DNA of 62,243 nt, filler included, from Basidiobolus ranarum (taxonomy: Eukaryota): NCBI GenBank assembly GCA_040143965.1. It is 27 parts of 27 records of this genome, joined end to end, with 100 filler letters (N's around TTAATTAATTAA, not from the genome) between each part and the next. Parts side by side here need not be neighbours in the genome. Positions count along the whole stretch, not along the records: positions 60,045 to 62,243 come from JASJQH010010519.1; 26 more parts are not named here. The stretch is one strand, 5' to 3'. Position numbers and translations under genes: made by a program. Shown one piece after another: positions 61,428 to 62,243 of the stretch (position 1 is the first letter of the stretch; each line of letters begins with the position of its first letter). Below the pieces are notes generated by a model. The model was given only the letters and a program-made list of their open reading frames with translations, did not search any database and was not told the DNA's origin.

Positions 61428-62243
61428 TGTTACAAAATTGGATTATCAGAGAAAAGCGATGGCAATTTTGGAGACAACATAATGTCTCAATCAACACAAT
61501 TTTTGTACACATAAAGCGCATAAGCAAACCTTGCCTGTCACCCAGTCTCATATCTACACCATTCCTACACGTCTCACAATCACCAAAACAAGCAAAGAAA
61601 TGCAAATATCTCCAGAACTACCAGACAAATCATTACTAAACTCTACAGATATTATTCCCTGTTATTATTCTACTTGAGGTATAAATTTCAAAACAAACCG
61701 ACCGCGGAGACAAAAGTTACAAGACATTGGAAATGGACCATCAGTGTTATATACATGTTTTGAAATTAGCACACTCCCAAATCCGGCAGGAATGCCACCT
61801 GATTTCCCCCAATCAACCCTATAAAAATAGCACCATCAAAATAAAATTAATCAGTCAATTTATCAGTGAATCAAGTCCCAAAATTGCACTCACCTCAGGA
61901 ACCAGCCTCAATATATGGTAGCAGCAATTTATTAAGAAAGATCCTCCATAGAAGAAAGCACAAAGAATATAAAGAAGTACAAGCAAAAGACAAGAAAGAA
62001 TGTCAGGGAACCAAGGAAACACAGAAATGCCAGATACATGGATGACTACAGTAACTGATATACTTGTGGAACTAAATGAACAAGCGGCAGGACAAGGGGC
62101 CAGGATCCCAGTGAAGATAGCCATGTAACATAGCAGACCAAATGAGAATGTAGTAGCATGGTTAATACAGACAGAACAGGCCTTTAATACAAAATCAATC
62201 AGTGAAGACAAGAAGGTGGCAGCAATAGGAAGCTATCTCCAAG
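61428..62243 (+). mobile_element. Ty3/gypsy 5' LTR (starts TGTTAC) and gag remnant
   Basis: NENVVAWLIQTEQAFNTKSISEDKKVAAIGSYLQ resembles the retrotransposon gag pattern +..WL..+E..F......KV; the LTR right boundary is uncertain. Confidence 0.6.

Overview
This window is not a continuous locus. It is 27 unrelated contigs of about 2.2 kb, sorted by decreasing length (2222 to 2199 bp) and joined by 26 artificial 100-bp spacers (N44-TTAATTAATTAA-N44). The DNA is AT-rich and eukaryotic with short GT-AG introns. It probably comes from an early-diverging fungus; a Zoopagomycota/Entomophthorales-like source is my inference only. Host genes: the 3' end of glutamate 5-kinase, a complete 4-exon bacterial-type cytidylate kinase, RPS25 (partial), RPS24, an ABCB/MDR transporter (3' half), the 5' end of Rab18, an Avt3/Avt4-type amino-acid transporter (partial), and a disrupted Vpr/Pr1C-type subtilisin fragment. 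Most of the rest is nested, CpG-depleted transposon debris: Ty1/copia families with a half-tRNA(iMet) primer site (GGTTATGAGCCC), Ty3/gypsy remnants, solo LTRs, and a high-copy CMC/EnSpm DNA transposon with CCCTAACA termini and a divergent orphan second ORF. The most unusual element is a short repeat (about 285 bp, reconstructed from three partial copies) bounded by TGTTGAAA...TTTCAACA that carries a full-length tRNA-shaped cassette with A and B boxes. It is a candidate Pol III-driven miniature LTR element.
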